A stretch of DNA of 64,000 nt from an uncultured Oscillospiraceae bacterium (GTDB taxonomy: Bacteria; Bacillota; Clostridia; Oscillospirales; Oscillospiraceae): assembly GCA_947626495.1 (NCBI GenBank), contig CANQSJ010000004.1:33069-97068 (forward strand), read 5' to 3'. Both the position numbers and the translations under genes were made by a program. Position 1 is the first letter of the stretch. Each line of letters opens with the position of its first letter. The notes under the pieces were generated by a model. That model had not been told where the DNA came from. It worked only from the letters and a program-made list of their open reading frames with translations, and did no database searches. Positions 36,446 through 45,929 of this stretch are shown here, piece by piece.

Positions 36446-37542
36446 CAAGGGTCCTGGCCAGAGAGGACCTTTTTCGCCACGCACCAGGGGTTCTTGCGCA
36501 GAGGCACGAACAGGGGCTTAGAGGTCAGCTGGGTCTCCTTTACGGGAGGCCGCACGGTGAAGATGTGCTGGGGTACACGCATACCGGCGTAGGTGTGATA
36601 CTCGCCGTCGTTCTCCAGCTGGGTGACGCCGCCATACAGGCCCTTGCCGCAGGCAGGGGCGGTGACGATGACGGACTCGTCATCCAGGAAAGGCTTGTCC
36701 TCGCCGTTCTCGTCCTCATAGGTGCCGTCGCTGACCAGCAGCTCCAGCTGGCGGCCCTTGAAGTTGAACACGCCCAGGCTGGTGACAAATTCGGTCAGCT
36801 CCGTGGGAGCGATGCGGCCCATCTCCACGCGCCGGTTGTCCAACATGGCAATGAGCCAGGGGTCCTCCATGAGGAACTCGCCGACATCAGAGGACACGAT
36901 GATCTCGCGGGCAGGACGGCCGGCCTGGACCAGGAAATTCACCATCTTGCAGATGTCGGCATACCAGGAGCCGATCTCCCAGCCGTTGTCGGTGTACTTG
37001 CTGTGGGTCCAGCCGGCGGTGATCTTCATCGCGGCGGGGTTCACATCGCCGTCGTAGAACGTGACGGGGATATCCTCATACACGCCCTTCACGCCGGTCT
37101 CATGGCGCATGGTGCAGCCGTTGTTGAGCATGGTCTGGACCGCCAGCCATTCCTCACGGCGGGAAATGCGGGCGGACAGCTCTGCCAGATCGTTGATCTG
37201 CATCTGACGGGCGCGGTCGGCGGGGGTCATGGTGGACATGAGGCTTTCGCCAAAGCCACGGTTCCGCAGCTGGTCCTCAGTCAGAGGCATGGACAGGCAG
37301 ATGTTGCCGGGCTCCAGCTCATAGGTGCTGAAGCCATCGCGTCCAACGGAAATGCCGCCAACGCGGGGCAGAACGAAGGGAGCCATCTTGCGGTGGCCCT
37401 CCTTATAATCGGCCAGGACCTTGGCGGTCCCGAAGATGTCCATGGTCGTGTTGGTGGGGAAGTAGCGGTCACGGAAGAAGGTGTGCTCCAGAGGAAGCTC
37501 CTCGACCGCAGCCAGCAGATAGTAGGTGCTGTAAATATCCAT
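36445..37542 (-). CDS. major capsid protein (lambda gpE-like)
   Basis: 365 aa, follows the decoration protein. E-family-like N-terminus MDIYSTYYLLAAVEELP. AAGGAGG RBS. Confidence 0.85.
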   Translation of the reverse strand: MDIYSTYYLLAAVEELPLEHTFFRDRYFPTNTTMDIFGTAKVLADYKEGHRKMAPFVLPRVGGISVGRDGFSTYELEPGNICLSMPLTEDQLRNRGFGESLMSTMTPADRARQMQINDLAELSARISRREEWLAVQTMLNNGCTMRHETGVKGVYEDIPVTFYDGDVNPAAMKITAGWTHSKYTDNGWEIGSWYADICKMVNFLVQAGRPAREIIVSSDVGEFLMEDPWLIAMLDNRRVEMGRIAPTELTEFVTSLGVFNFKGRQLELLVSDGTYEDENGEDKPFLDDESVIVTAPACGKGLYGGVTQLENDGEYHTYAGMRVPQHIFTVRPPVKETQLTSKPLFVPLRKNPWCVAKKVLSGQDP

Positions 37543-37553
37543 AATGGACCTCC

Positions 37554-37925
37554 TTACTCCTGCACTTCGGACAGGATGATGTTGTAGTGGCGAAGCGCAT
37601 CCTGGACCTTGAAGGAGATGTCGACCTCCTCCGCAGGCTTGCCCGCCACCGCATTGATGTTGAAGTTGCCGGTGATGTAGGCAGCGGCCACCACGTCGGC
37701 GTCGGTCGCGTCCACTTCATCACACAGGATGCAGTTGGCCTTGTCCTCGCTGCCGGAGGCCAGGGCGCTGTAAGTGGTGCCGTCCTCGGTGGTCAGAATG
37801 GTGCCGCGGGGCAGAACGCCCTCGCCGGACTTGATCTTCACACCGGTGGTCAGAGCGTGGGGATAGGGATGGGCAATCAGGTTGTCCTGCCCGATCTCCC
37901 CGACCTTTTTGCAGAGATTCGCCAT
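37554..37925 (-). CDS. head decoration protein (lambda gpD-like)
   Basis: 123 aa with the pattern GQDNLIA...LPRGTIL...AAAYITGNFN. Confidence 0.7.
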   Translation of the reverse strand: MANLCKKVGEIGQDNLIAHPYPHALTTGVKIKSGEGVLPRGTILTTEDGTTYSALASGSEDKANCILCDEVDATDADVVAAAYITGNFNINAVAGKPAEEVDISFKVQDALRHYNIILSEVQE

Positions 37926-37926
37926 G

Positions 37927-39186
37927 TTATTTACCCTCCTTCATCTTCAGGTACTTCGCGGCGTCTGCCTTGGCCTGGGCGATTGTGGCGGCCTTCTCGT
38001 CCGCCTTGTCGTAGATGCCGCCATCACTGACGGACGCGCCAACGCCCTGAGCGCCGGAGGCCTTGTTGTCGTCCTCCAGGTCCCTCAAAAAGGCGCGGCC
38101 CTGCCCAGCGGCCTTCTGCGCGGCGCGGTAGGCCATCTCCTGGGCGGTGCAGGGGTGGTCCCCATACTTCGCCTCGTTGATGGTCTCGTCATCGAACAGA
38201 CTGGCCAGAGCGTCGATGTCGCGGATGCGCTGGCGCTCAGCGGCGACAGGATCACCGCTGCCCGCGCCATCGCCGGCGGGGGTCTCGGCAGCCGCCCTCG
38301 CCTGGGCCTCGATCTGCGCGACCGGCTCCGGGCATTCCGCCCGAAGCTCCTCAATGGTATTTGCCATAGGTTCGTTTCCTCCTTCATGGCTGCCGGAGTT
38401 CACCGGCGAATTTGTATTGTCAGCCGGGGCCGACGCCTCGGGCTTGACCGTGGGAATGCTCTCCGGGATGGTCATGCCCGGAGCGAGGTGTACCTGCCGT
38501 CCGCAAACGAACAGCGAGCGCCGGTCTGCGCTCGCTGCGATATTGCTGGGTTCAGCATCTTCGATAACCTCGTCTGCGAAGCCTTTTTCCAAGGCCTCGC
38601 GGCCCGTCATATAGGTGGTCTCGGCCATCAGCACCAGGATTTCCTCGGCGGAAAGGCCGGTCTTGCGGGTGTATATCTCCACCTGCATCTTGTCCCAGGC
38701 GTCCATCCTGGTCGCCTCGTCGCGCATCTGGTTTGCGTTGTACCCGCCCCAAAGCAGCTCCCATGCGTTGTGTATCATGATGAGGCTGGACGGGTTCACC
38801 CGCACCGTGTCGCAGGCGCACATGATGAGAGAGCCGCCGGACATAGCCACGCCGTCCACCACGCAGGTAAGCGACGCGCCGTTCCTGGCCAGCTCACGGA
38901 GGCGGTTGTGGATGGTGTTCGCCACGCCGGCATCGCCGCCCAAGCTGTCCATACGGATCGTGATGTTCTTGCACCCTGCGATTTTTTCCAGGTCGGCCAA
39001 AAATTCGTCCAGAACTATAAACTGCCCTTCAACGGGCTCGTCAGTCCACCAGTCCGTAGGGCGGCTCTCGCAGATATCGCCGTACATGGTGATCTCGGCA
39101 TTGGTGCCGTCGGCAGTGGCCATGGCGTAGGCCGGCTTTTTGATGCTGACGGCCACGCCCTTGGTCCGCTTTGAAAAGATGTTCAT
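37927..39186 (-). CDS. head maturation protease (ClpP/S49-like) fused to a scaffold-like C-terminus
   Basis: ITIRMDSLGGDAGVANTIHNRL...VDGVAMSGGSLIM...LIMIHNAW. ATGA overlap with the portal stop. Confidence 0.85.
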   Translation of the reverse strand: MNIFSKRTKGVAVSIKKPAYAMATADGTNAEITMYGDICESRPTDWWTDEPVEGQFIVLDEFLADLEKIAGCKNITIRMDSLGGDAGVANTIHNRLRELARNGASLTCVVDGVAMSGGSLIMCACDTVRVNPSSLIMIHNAWELLWGGYNANQMRDEATRMDAWDKMQVEIYTRKTGLSAEEILVLMAETTYMTGREALEKGFADEVIEDAEPSNIAASADRRSLFVCGRQVHLAPGMTIPESIPTVKPEASAPADNTNSPVNSGSHEGGNEPMANTIEELRAECPEPVAQIEAQARAAAETPAGDGAGSGDPVAAERQRIRDIDALASLFDDETINEAKYGDHPCTAQEMAYRAAQKAAGQGRAFLRDLEDDNKASGAQGVGASVSDGGIYDKADEKAATIAQAKADAAKYLKMKEGK

Positions 39187-40820
39187 TGATTTTCGCCCTC
39201 CTTATTGTTCGTGTCGTCGTCCTCAGACGCCCGGATCACCTGGACGCGCCCGCCACCGGCCTCCTTCAGCACTTGATTTTCCCGGGTGAGCTGTTCCACG
39301 TTCTCCTCCCAGTCTCGCCCGGTCGTCTCCATCGTGACCTGCTCATGGGTCTTGATGCCGTGGTCGATCATAATGACAGCCGCCTCGGCCTCCTTCTTCG
39401 GATCAAGGGAGACCTGGACCGGGCCAATCCACCGGGCGCCGCTCCATGCCGCGCGGACAAGCGGATCGTCAAAAAATCCCGGGGCCTTGATACGGCCTCT
39501 GGCGACTGCCTCTGCGAGGAACACTTCATATATCGGCTGGCAGAAGTCGTCCACGAACCACTTCCGCCTCATGCGAAAATCCTCCCATGCGTCCTGCAGG
39601 GCAGCTCTGGACGCAGAATACGAGGCGTTGTATTCCTTTATGAGCACGTCATAAGGAATACTGAGCCCTGCGCCTATCAGCTTGCAGAAGGTCTTGACGA
39701 AAGAATCAAAGCCAGCCGTCGGAATATTCGGTGAGCCGAATTTTATGTCCTCGTTCTCAGCCAGGGTGGTGACCGTGCCGGGGCCCATTTCGTACTCGTT
39801 GATGCTTCTGGACAGGTTGCTGTCGGCGGGGTTCGCAGTAGGAACAGCGCCGGCAATATCCCCGCTTCCCACTTCGTTCATCGGGAACTCGCTCGGGTTC
39901 TCCTTGGTGACGATCCACGCTGTGAAGAAGCTCTGGACCAGGGCGGCCATCAGCTCGCTTTCCGTATACCGGCGAAGCTGCAGCAGAGGCTCAATGACCG
40001 GCGCGAGGTAGGACACGCCCCGGTACTGGTCCGGACGTTCGCTGCTCATGACGTGGATGATGTTCGGCAGTTCGGTCTTTTCCCCGTAGGCCTCCACGCG
40101 GACCCACTTCGTTTCCTCGCTGGTGACCTGCCAGGGATAGGTGTTGCGGATGTGATAGGCCACCACCATACCGCTGCCGTCAACCTCGATGCCGTCATAG
40201 ATTTTGTTCTTGGTCTTGGGGTTCACGCCATCGGTGATGGTCGGCCAGGACAACCCGCTCCCATAGTCGCCGGGAGTGCTTACCCGGTCTGCCTCAATAA
40301 GGTGGAGGCGAAGCGTGTACGGGCGCATGGTCGTGGATTTTTGCCGCTTGAAAACCGTGATCACGTCGCCGCTCATGAGCCACGACACCAGCGCGAGCTG
40401 CTGCAGGGAGGCGAAGTTGTTCATGCCGGTTGCGTCACAGGACGCCTTATCGTCGGCCCACAGCCGGAACTCGGCCTCGGCTTTGAGCTGCCAATCCTTC
40501 GCGGCCTCCAGGGACAGCCCCAGGACCTCCCGATTGATCGCGCTTTTCATCGTGAGCCCCACGCCCACAACCTTCGTTCGGTTGGTATTCACCGCTGACG
40601 TGGCCAGCGGGGAGGACATATACAGCATCCGGCCCCGCATCCTGAGCGTGGTGTTGTTCCAGTCAATATCCTCCCGCGGGCTGCCGCTCCTGGGGTTGAA
40701 GCCCCGCATGGCCCGGCGGGTGGTGCTGGCCCCGGCCTCGCTGTATCCTTTCGCCTGCGGCCGGACGCCTCCCGGCAGGAACAGCCCTGTTTTTTTATCC
40801 TGGATGTAAATGCCGTCCAC
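39183..40820 (-). CDS. portal protein (lambda gpB family)
   Basis: 545 aa following TerL and the W-like gene. GTG start. Confidence 0.85.
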   Translation of the reverse strand: MDGIYIQDKKTGLFLPGGVRPQAKGYSEAGASTTRRAMRGFNPRSGSPREDIDWNNTTLRMRGRMLYMSSPLATSAVNTNRTKVVGVGLTMKSAINREVLGLSLEAAKDWQLKAEAEFRLWADDKASCDATGMNNFASLQQLALVSWLMSGDVITVFKRQKSTTMRPYTLRLHLIEADRVSTPGDYGSGLSWPTITDGVNPKTKNKIYDGIEVDGSGMVVAYHIRNTYPWQVTSEETKWVRVEAYGEKTELPNIIHVMSSERPDQYRGVSYLAPVIEPLLQLRRYTESELMAALVQSFFTAWIVTKENPSEFPMNEVGSGDIAGAVPTANPADSNLSRSINEYEMGPGTVTTLAENEDIKFGSPNIPTAGFDSFVKTFCKLIGAGLSIPYDVLIKEYNASYSASRAALQDAWEDFRMRRKWFVDDFCQPIYEVFLAEAVARGRIKAPGFFDDPLVRAAWSGARWIGPVQVSLDPKKEAEAAVIMIDHGIKTHEQVTMETTGRDWEENVEQLTRENQVLKEAGGGRVQVIRASEDDDTNNKEGENQ

Positions 40821-40826
40821 CCCCCG

Positions 40827-41084
40827 TCACCAGTCGCGGGGGAAGATGCCCACGGCGCGGCGGGCTTTCGCCCCGCTCAGCTGCGCCTCCAGCTCGTCGA
40901 TCTCCCGCTCCATAGTCCGTATTTCCTCCGCCAAATCCGGGATGCTCTGATATGTCAGCTGGCGGTCGTCGATCATATAGCTCTTGACGCGGCCCGATAT
41001 GAGCGCCTCGTATGCGTCATACAGCTTCTCAATCGTCGATCTGCGAAATGCAAGCCTGCGCTCGATCGTCTTTTTGCTCGCCAT
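40827..41084 (-). CDS. gpW-like head completion protein (positional call)
   Basis: 85 aa between TerL and the portal, as lambda W. Confidence 0.45.
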   Translation of the reverse strand: MASKKTIERRLAFRRSTIEKLYDAYEALISGRVKSYMIDDRQLTYQSIPDLAEEIRTMEREIDELEAQLSGAKARRAVGIFPRDW

Positions 41085-41093
41085 ATTCCCACC

Positions 41094-43055
41094 TCACCAA
41101 TCATCATAAAAGTCGGTCAGCCGCTGTCTGGGCGGCCTCGTTATCTGCCTCGGCGCTGGCGTTGCGCTGACAGCCGTTGCAACGGCCCCTGTGGGCTTGC
41201 GGCCCTTAGAGGCAAGTAACCGCATTTCCACGGCATCCATGTCAACAGAAAGCGCCTTGAACGCCGCCATAGCGTAGTTACGGATATCCAAAGGCTCGTT
41301 CCGTTCATGGCCCGGTATCTTCTCCCACACCCAGGGCTGGCGCTTATTCTCCATGTACACGAGCCGTTCAGAGAGCAGGCCGGTAAAATACCGGTGCCCG
41401 TAGTCCTCCCGCAGGGGGAAGTGGCAATACTTCGGGCCGTACCGTTTCTCGCGCAGGTTGTCCATGATGATCTGCTTCCCGGAGTCAACGCCGATCTGAT
41501 ACTGCCAGCAGGAACCGACGGGCCGGCCGTTCGACATGATGTTCTGCTTCTTCGGCGGTGCCACATACGGTCTGTTGGGTCCGGCCATACCCTTGATGCA
41601 GAACACCTTTTTGCCGATCCGCTCCCGGCAGCGGGAGCGGACATCCATGGTGAAGTGACCGCCTTCATCCACGAAGGTCATGCTGATCTTCAGACCGATC
41701 CCATCCTCGAACCGATAAACGCGGTCTATGATTTCATCCAGCGCGGCCCAGACCGCATCGGAATCCGGGCGGCCCAGTATCTCGCCCTTTTTGATGCCCC
41801 AGGTCTCGCCGAACTTCCCGTGGCCAAGGACCTCATATTCAAGGCGGTCGTCCTGGGTATCCACGCCGCAGGTGAGTACCAAGACGCCCTCCGGCAGCTC
41901 TGCGGAGTATTCCTCCCGGCGGGCCAGCAGGCCGTCCTCGTCCTCCAGATCGCCCCGGTCCTCCCAGAGCTGCCCGAAGCAGGTGTTGTAGACCACCTGC
42001 ATTTTCCGGGTGTCGCCCTTGGCCGCCAGGTATTTCTTGACGATGGTCTTCCATTCCACCCACTGTGAGACAAAGGCGTTCAGCCAGAACGAGCGCGTAC
42101 CCTCCTCCAGGGCGGCGGGGTTGTCCGCCTCCCAGCGGGCCGGCTGGCGCTTCATGGTGATCTCGTCCGAGACGCAGCCGCAATCCGGGCACACATACCA
42201 GGCTTTTTTGACCGTGTATGTGACCTTCTCGTTGACCTCGGTCTCGTCGTAGTCGTACTTGATATCCTCCCAGCTGATTTCGTTGAACGCTCCACAGTGG
42301 GGGCACTGGCTTTTCCAGCGCTCCATCGTCCCGGTGTTGTAGGCGTCCTCGATGGCGCTGGCCCCCTTTACGGTGGGGGTGCTCACCTGGACGGACTTCG
42401 CGTTCCAAAACGTGGTCTGTCTCGCCATGGCGAGTTCCCACGGGTCGCCCTCTTTACCAGCGGACCGGGCCCAGCGGTCCCGCTCGTCGCCCATCACATA
42501 GCGGATGGGCTTAGACGCCAGGTTGTGCGCCTCGGTAGAGCCGCACATCGTGAGGATGCCGCCTGGGTATGTTTTCTGCAGGATGGTGTTGCCGGAGTCC
42601 CTGCTTTTGGGCGACACCACCTTCCGGCGGAGAACAGGACAGTCGCGAATCATCGGCGCGACGCGGAGCTTGGAGTAGTCCTTGGCGTCGATGGTCGTAG
42701 GGTGGACGAACAGAATGGAGCCGGGGTCTTCGTCGATGATGTATCCGATGATGTTGTTTATCAGCTCGCTTTTACCCACCTGAGACGCGGCCACCATAAC
42801 GATGTGCCGCACCTTCGGATCGGTAAAGGCGTCCATTGGCTCGCGTAGATATGGCGTCCGGCTCGTCCTCCACGGGCCGGGCTCGGCGTTGGTCTCCGGC
42901 GACAGGCGCCGCTTCTTCTCAGCCCACTGGGATACCGTGTAATCCTCGGGAGGCCGCGCCCCGGCCAGGGCTTTTGCGATAGCCTGATTCAGATTCTCCA
43001 CGCGGATGGCGGCCTGCCGGGATTCTTCCAGCCGCCGCTGCTCCTCATTCATCAT
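41094..43055 (-). CDS. terminase large subunit (lambda GpA family)
   Basis: 653 aa. Walker A VAASQVGKSE. GpA-like zinc-finger region CPHCGAF...CPDCG. Confidence 0.9.
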   Translation of the reverse strand: MMNEEQRRLEESRQAAIRVENLNQAIAKALAGARPPEDYTVSQWAEKKRRLSPETNAEPGPWRTSRTPYLREPMDAFTDPKVRHIVMVAASQVGKSELINNIIGYIIDEDPGSILFVHPTTIDAKDYSKLRVAPMIRDCPVLRRKVVSPKSRDSGNTILQKTYPGGILTMCGSTEAHNLASKPIRYVMGDERDRWARSAGKEGDPWELAMARQTTFWNAKSVQVSTPTVKGASAIEDAYNTGTMERWKSQCPHCGAFNEISWEDIKYDYDETEVNEKVTYTVKKAWYVCPDCGCVSDEITMKRQPARWEADNPAALEEGTRSFWLNAFVSQWVEWKTIVKKYLAAKGDTRKMQVVYNTCFGQLWEDRGDLEDEDGLLARREEYSAELPEGVLVLTCGVDTQDDRLEYEVLGHGKFGETWGIKKGEILGRPDSDAVWAALDEIIDRVYRFEDGIGLKISMTFVDEGGHFTMDVRSRCRERIGKKVFCIKGMAGPNRPYVAPPKKQNIMSNGRPVGSCWQYQIGVDSGKQIIMDNLREKRYGPKYCHFPLREDYGHRYFTGLLSERLVYMENKRQPWVWEKIPGHERNEPLDIRNYAMAAFKALSVDMDAVEMRLLASKGRKPTGAVATAVSATPAPRQITRPPRQRLTDFYDDW

Positions 43056-43614
43056 CGCTGTCAGTGTCGTTCACGTCCCAGGACAAACGCTCCCGGACCC
43101 GCGCCTCATATTTGGCGGGATCATAGGTATACTCAGACAGCTCTTGGAGGATGTGGTACGTCTCTTTACGGACGATCTCGGCTGTCTCGGAGGGGGTCGT
43201 AGCCGCCGCCGTGTCCCTGGCCACCCGCCCGGGCAGGCCCAGAAGCATACCCCGGATGGTATATATCAGGTCCTCGGTCATCTTGGCCACGTCCTCGCTG
43301 CGGTGCATTTTGCCCTGTAGCTCCTGGGCGTTCAGCCGGGCGATCGTGGCCTTGCTGGCTTTCAGAATTGCCTCCGACTGCCGGCGGGATTCCTCGTTCT
43401 TCCGCGCGGCCTTTCGCTCGGCGTCGGTCATTCCGTCCGTGGATACCGTCTTGATATACCGCTGAACGGAATCTGCGAGCATGAGCTTTCCTTTTGCCAC
43501 GGTCGGAAAAACGCCGTCCTGAATGAGCTGCTGGACACGCCGGACACTCAGCCCAAGAACAGCCGCAAGCTCGGTGGTGCTTACCTGTGTCTCAACGCTG
43601 ACCTTTTCCGGCAT
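43045..43614 (-). CDS. terminase small subunit (Nu1-like, N-terminal HTH)
   Basis: TTELAAVLGLSVRRVQQLIQDGVFP. AAAGGAGAG RBS. 11-nt overlap with TerL. Confidence 0.65.
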   Translation of the reverse strand: MPEKVSVETQVSTTELAAVLGLSVRRVQQLIQDGVFPTVAKGKLMLADSVQRYIKTVSTDGMTDAERKAARKNEESRRQSEAILKASKATIARLNAQELQGKMHRSEDVAKMTEDLIYTIRGMLLGLPGRVARDTAAATTPSETAEIVRKETYHILQELSEYTYDPAKYEARVRERLSWDVNDTDSDDE

Positions 43615-43765
43615 GACGATCTCTCCTTTCGTGTAGTACCGGCTCACCAGAATTGCACTGGAGCACCGCCCGCATACGGTCCATAAGCCCGTCATTTTCT
43701 TATTGCGGCGTGACCCTTACCGGCTTGTGGTCATATATAGCTGAAAGGAGATACCCTCATGCCCG

Positions 43766-43980
43766 GAAGCAAAACCGGCCCGCACCTTCCCCAAAAGGGC
43801 GGGCCGAAGGGGTATGTATAAGAATTGCTTAACAACGTAGCGAAATGGGCTAATTTTTCCTCACTGACTAGGCGTTTTTCGGGGCTCAGGGAACCGCAAA
43901 AGACGGGGTCCGGCCCCGGCAGGACCCAAAATCCGGGTCGGATCGCCTGCGTGGAGGTATCAAAAGCCGCTTTCGGCTTT
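43766..43980 (-). terminator. three consecutive terminator-like hairpins upstream of terS
   Basis: Minus strand: AAAGCCG-aaag-CGGCTTT (43963-43980); GGGTCC-n10-GGACCC followed by GTCTTTTG (43893-43927); CGGCCCGC-n15-GCGGGCCG followed by GTTTTGCTT (43766-43806). Confidence 0.45.
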
Positions 43981-44274
43981 GCTGTGAGGTTGTTGATGAA
44001 AGATTCGCTCGCGCAAGGGCGGCTCGTCGGCTGCGCTGGAGCGGTGGCAGGGCGGGCAGGGGGGCAGGCGCAGGCAGGCATATAGGATCATGCCCCGCCT
44101 TATATCTGCGCACTACGCGCTTCCTGTGCGCTGGTGGACGCGCTGGCGCCGATGCTGGCGCTGCCGCGCCATATCCAGCGCGCCCCCATGTCTTTCGCTT
44201 TTTATACACACGCCCCCGCCCGCGCTACGCATGGACACCCACCCTTGTTTCTCTCCGGCACCCACATGGGTGCC

Positions 44275-44802
44275 TCATGTGTGGGTGTATACGACGGCCC
44301 GGCTGTAGCTTTCGTGGCCCTTGGTCATCAGGTCCAGGAACTCTTCGCGGGTGAAGCCAGACAGCCTGAACACTTCTTCGGGCTTCATTCCAAGCTGCTT
44401 GCCGATGTCCTGCACTGTCTTTCCTTCATCGAGAAGTTTTTTCACGATGGCCTTCATCGGTTCCAGCAGATGCTGGCCACGGGCCCTGTTATGGGTGATG
44501 GTCCCGTAGACGTCGGCGCTTTCGTCCCCGGCGTGGTCCACGATCACCACGGGCACCTTGCCGCCCAGCTTGGTCAGCAGCGGCTCGCGGCCGGCCACCG
44601 TCCAGCGGTGGAAGCCGTCGATGATGGTGAAGTCCGGGCGTACCACGATGGGCAGCGTCCAGCCGTTGGTGAGGATGGACTGGGTCAGCAGCTTCAAATT
44701 CTCCTCGCTGACCTTGTTGGGGTTATAGTCATTGGCCGTCAGCCGCGAGCGGTCCACCCACTGCAGCGAGCCAAGAGGCGCGAACAGATCCATTTCCTTC
44801 AT
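44275..44802 (-). CDS. ParB-like nuclease-domain protein (IbrB-like)
   Basis: RLTANDYNPNKVSEENLKLLTQSILTNGWTLPIVV...IIDGFHRW. GGAGG RBS. ATGA overlap with the PAPS-reductase gene. Confidence 0.7.
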   Translation of the reverse strand: MKEMDLFAPLGSLQWVDRSRLTANDYNPNKVSEENLKLLTQSILTNGWTLPIVVRPDFTIIDGFHRWTVAGREPLLTKLGGKVPVVIVDHAGDESADVYGTITHNRARGQHLLEPMKAIVKKLLDEGKTVQDIGKQLGMKPEEVFRLSGFTREEFLDLMTKGHESYSRAVVYTHT

Positions 44803-45929
44803 GCTCTCACCTCCTTTGACGTGGAATTGTATTCGTTGAATATCTCTATCCACAGGATTCGGAGGATTCGCATTTTGGGATCGCCGTATAGCAGCGCCTC
44901 GTACATGGTCTTGTAATGCCGCTGGGTGGCGAAGCCATAGCTCTTTTTGAACAGGTTCCGCCACTTGGCCAAGTTGGCCTTGGTGTCCGGGGCTATGGTG
45001 TACCGCTCCGTGTGCAGGAAAAGAAGGTCCTTGCACATGGCGCAGTAGTCCTTGGGCGCCTCGTCGGCTTCCATCTCCCGGCGCTTCTTTGACGACCGGC
45101 GGAACATTTCGCTGTCCCAGTACAGCAGCACGAGGTAGGCGTTTGGCTCCCGCTTCTCGATCCGGGCCCAGAGGTCCGGGTTCGTCTCCGCGATCCAACG
45201 GAGGCCCTGGGTCCCGTTGTCGCCGAAGAACGCGCACAGGCGCAGGTTTTTCTTCGTGACCCCGGCTTCGTACAGCCGCATATATATCTCGGGAAATTCC
45301 AGCCCGCGCTCCTTGATGTAGAGCCACACGTCCTGGTCCTTCCAGTCGTAGATGGGATAGAACTTCCCGCCGGGGCTTTTCATGTCCGCCCGGCTCACGG
45401 CCATAAGCCGTGTCAGGGATTCCACCGTCCGCAGGCCCACCATCTGGATACCGTCAGCGAAGGCCTTGGCACAGAAGGTCTGGTAGTTCATCTGGCCGGG
45501 GTATTTCAGGTAGGGGCTGGTGAAGATGGCGTCCTTCGGGGGATCGCGTATCCACACGTCCTCCTTCCCCGGCTCCCATGTGATCCAGCTCTCCGAAGCG
45601 GAAAGGTGGTCGATCACGGATACCTGCTTGAAGGGCAGGCAAAACCAGAGGAAGGGGACGCCCACGCCGCGGAACAGCTTTTTCCACCGCTCGGCGGCGT
45701 CCACCATGGAGGGGAACAGCCCCTCCTCGTCGATGAACACCACCGTCAGCAGCTTCCCATCGATCTCGCCGGCGCGGATCAGATCGTAGGTGATGGAGGC
45801 CATGCAAAGGCTGTCCTTGCCCGAGGAAAAGCTGAGATAGACCTTGCAGCCGTTGGAGAACAGGTTCTTAATGCGGAGCTTGGCCGCCTCGAGCACGTTC
45901 AGGGTGCCCTCCCGTTTCTTCACAGGCAT
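44799..45929 (-). CDS. PAPS-reductase-family PP-loop ATPase with C-terminal DUF3440-like extension (IbrA/DndC-like)
   Basis: VYLSFSSGKDSLCM PP-loop (SGGxDS type). 376 aa. Confidence 0.8.
   Translation of the reverse strand: MPVKKREGTLNVLEAAKLRIKNLFSNGCKVYLSFSSGKDSLCMASITYDLIRAGEIDGKLLTVVFIDEEGLFPSMVDAAERWKKLFRGVGVPFLWFCLPFKQVSVIDHLSASESWITWEPGKEDVWIRDPPKDAIFTSPYLKYPGQMNYQTFCAKAFADGIQMVGLRTVESLTRLMAVSRADMKSPGGKFYPIYDWKDQDVWLYIKERGLEFPEIYMRLYEAGVTKKNLRLCAFFGDNGTQGLRWIAETNPDLWARIEKREPNAYLVLLYWDSEMFRRSSKKRREMEADEAPKDYCAMCKDLLFLHTERYTIAPDTKANLAKWRNLFKKSYGFATQRHYKTMYEALLYGDPKMRILRILWIEIFNEYNSTSKEVRA

Noticed and set aside
43731-44916. ORFs 43731..44081(-), 43825..44085(+), 43886..44209(-), 44090..44308(+) and 44134..44916(+) in and around the terS-upstream gap
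   Set aside because: They have no RBS and Ala/Pro/Arg-rich nonsense-like translations, and they overlap hairpins and repeat arrays. The region is better explained as a non-coding cos/promoter region.
44803-45327. N-terminal 175 codons of ORF 44275..45327
   Set aside because: This part overlaps the PAPS-reductase gene in another frame and reads as low-complexity sequence. The ParB-domain protein starts at ATG 44802 with a GGAGG RBS and an ATGA overlap.
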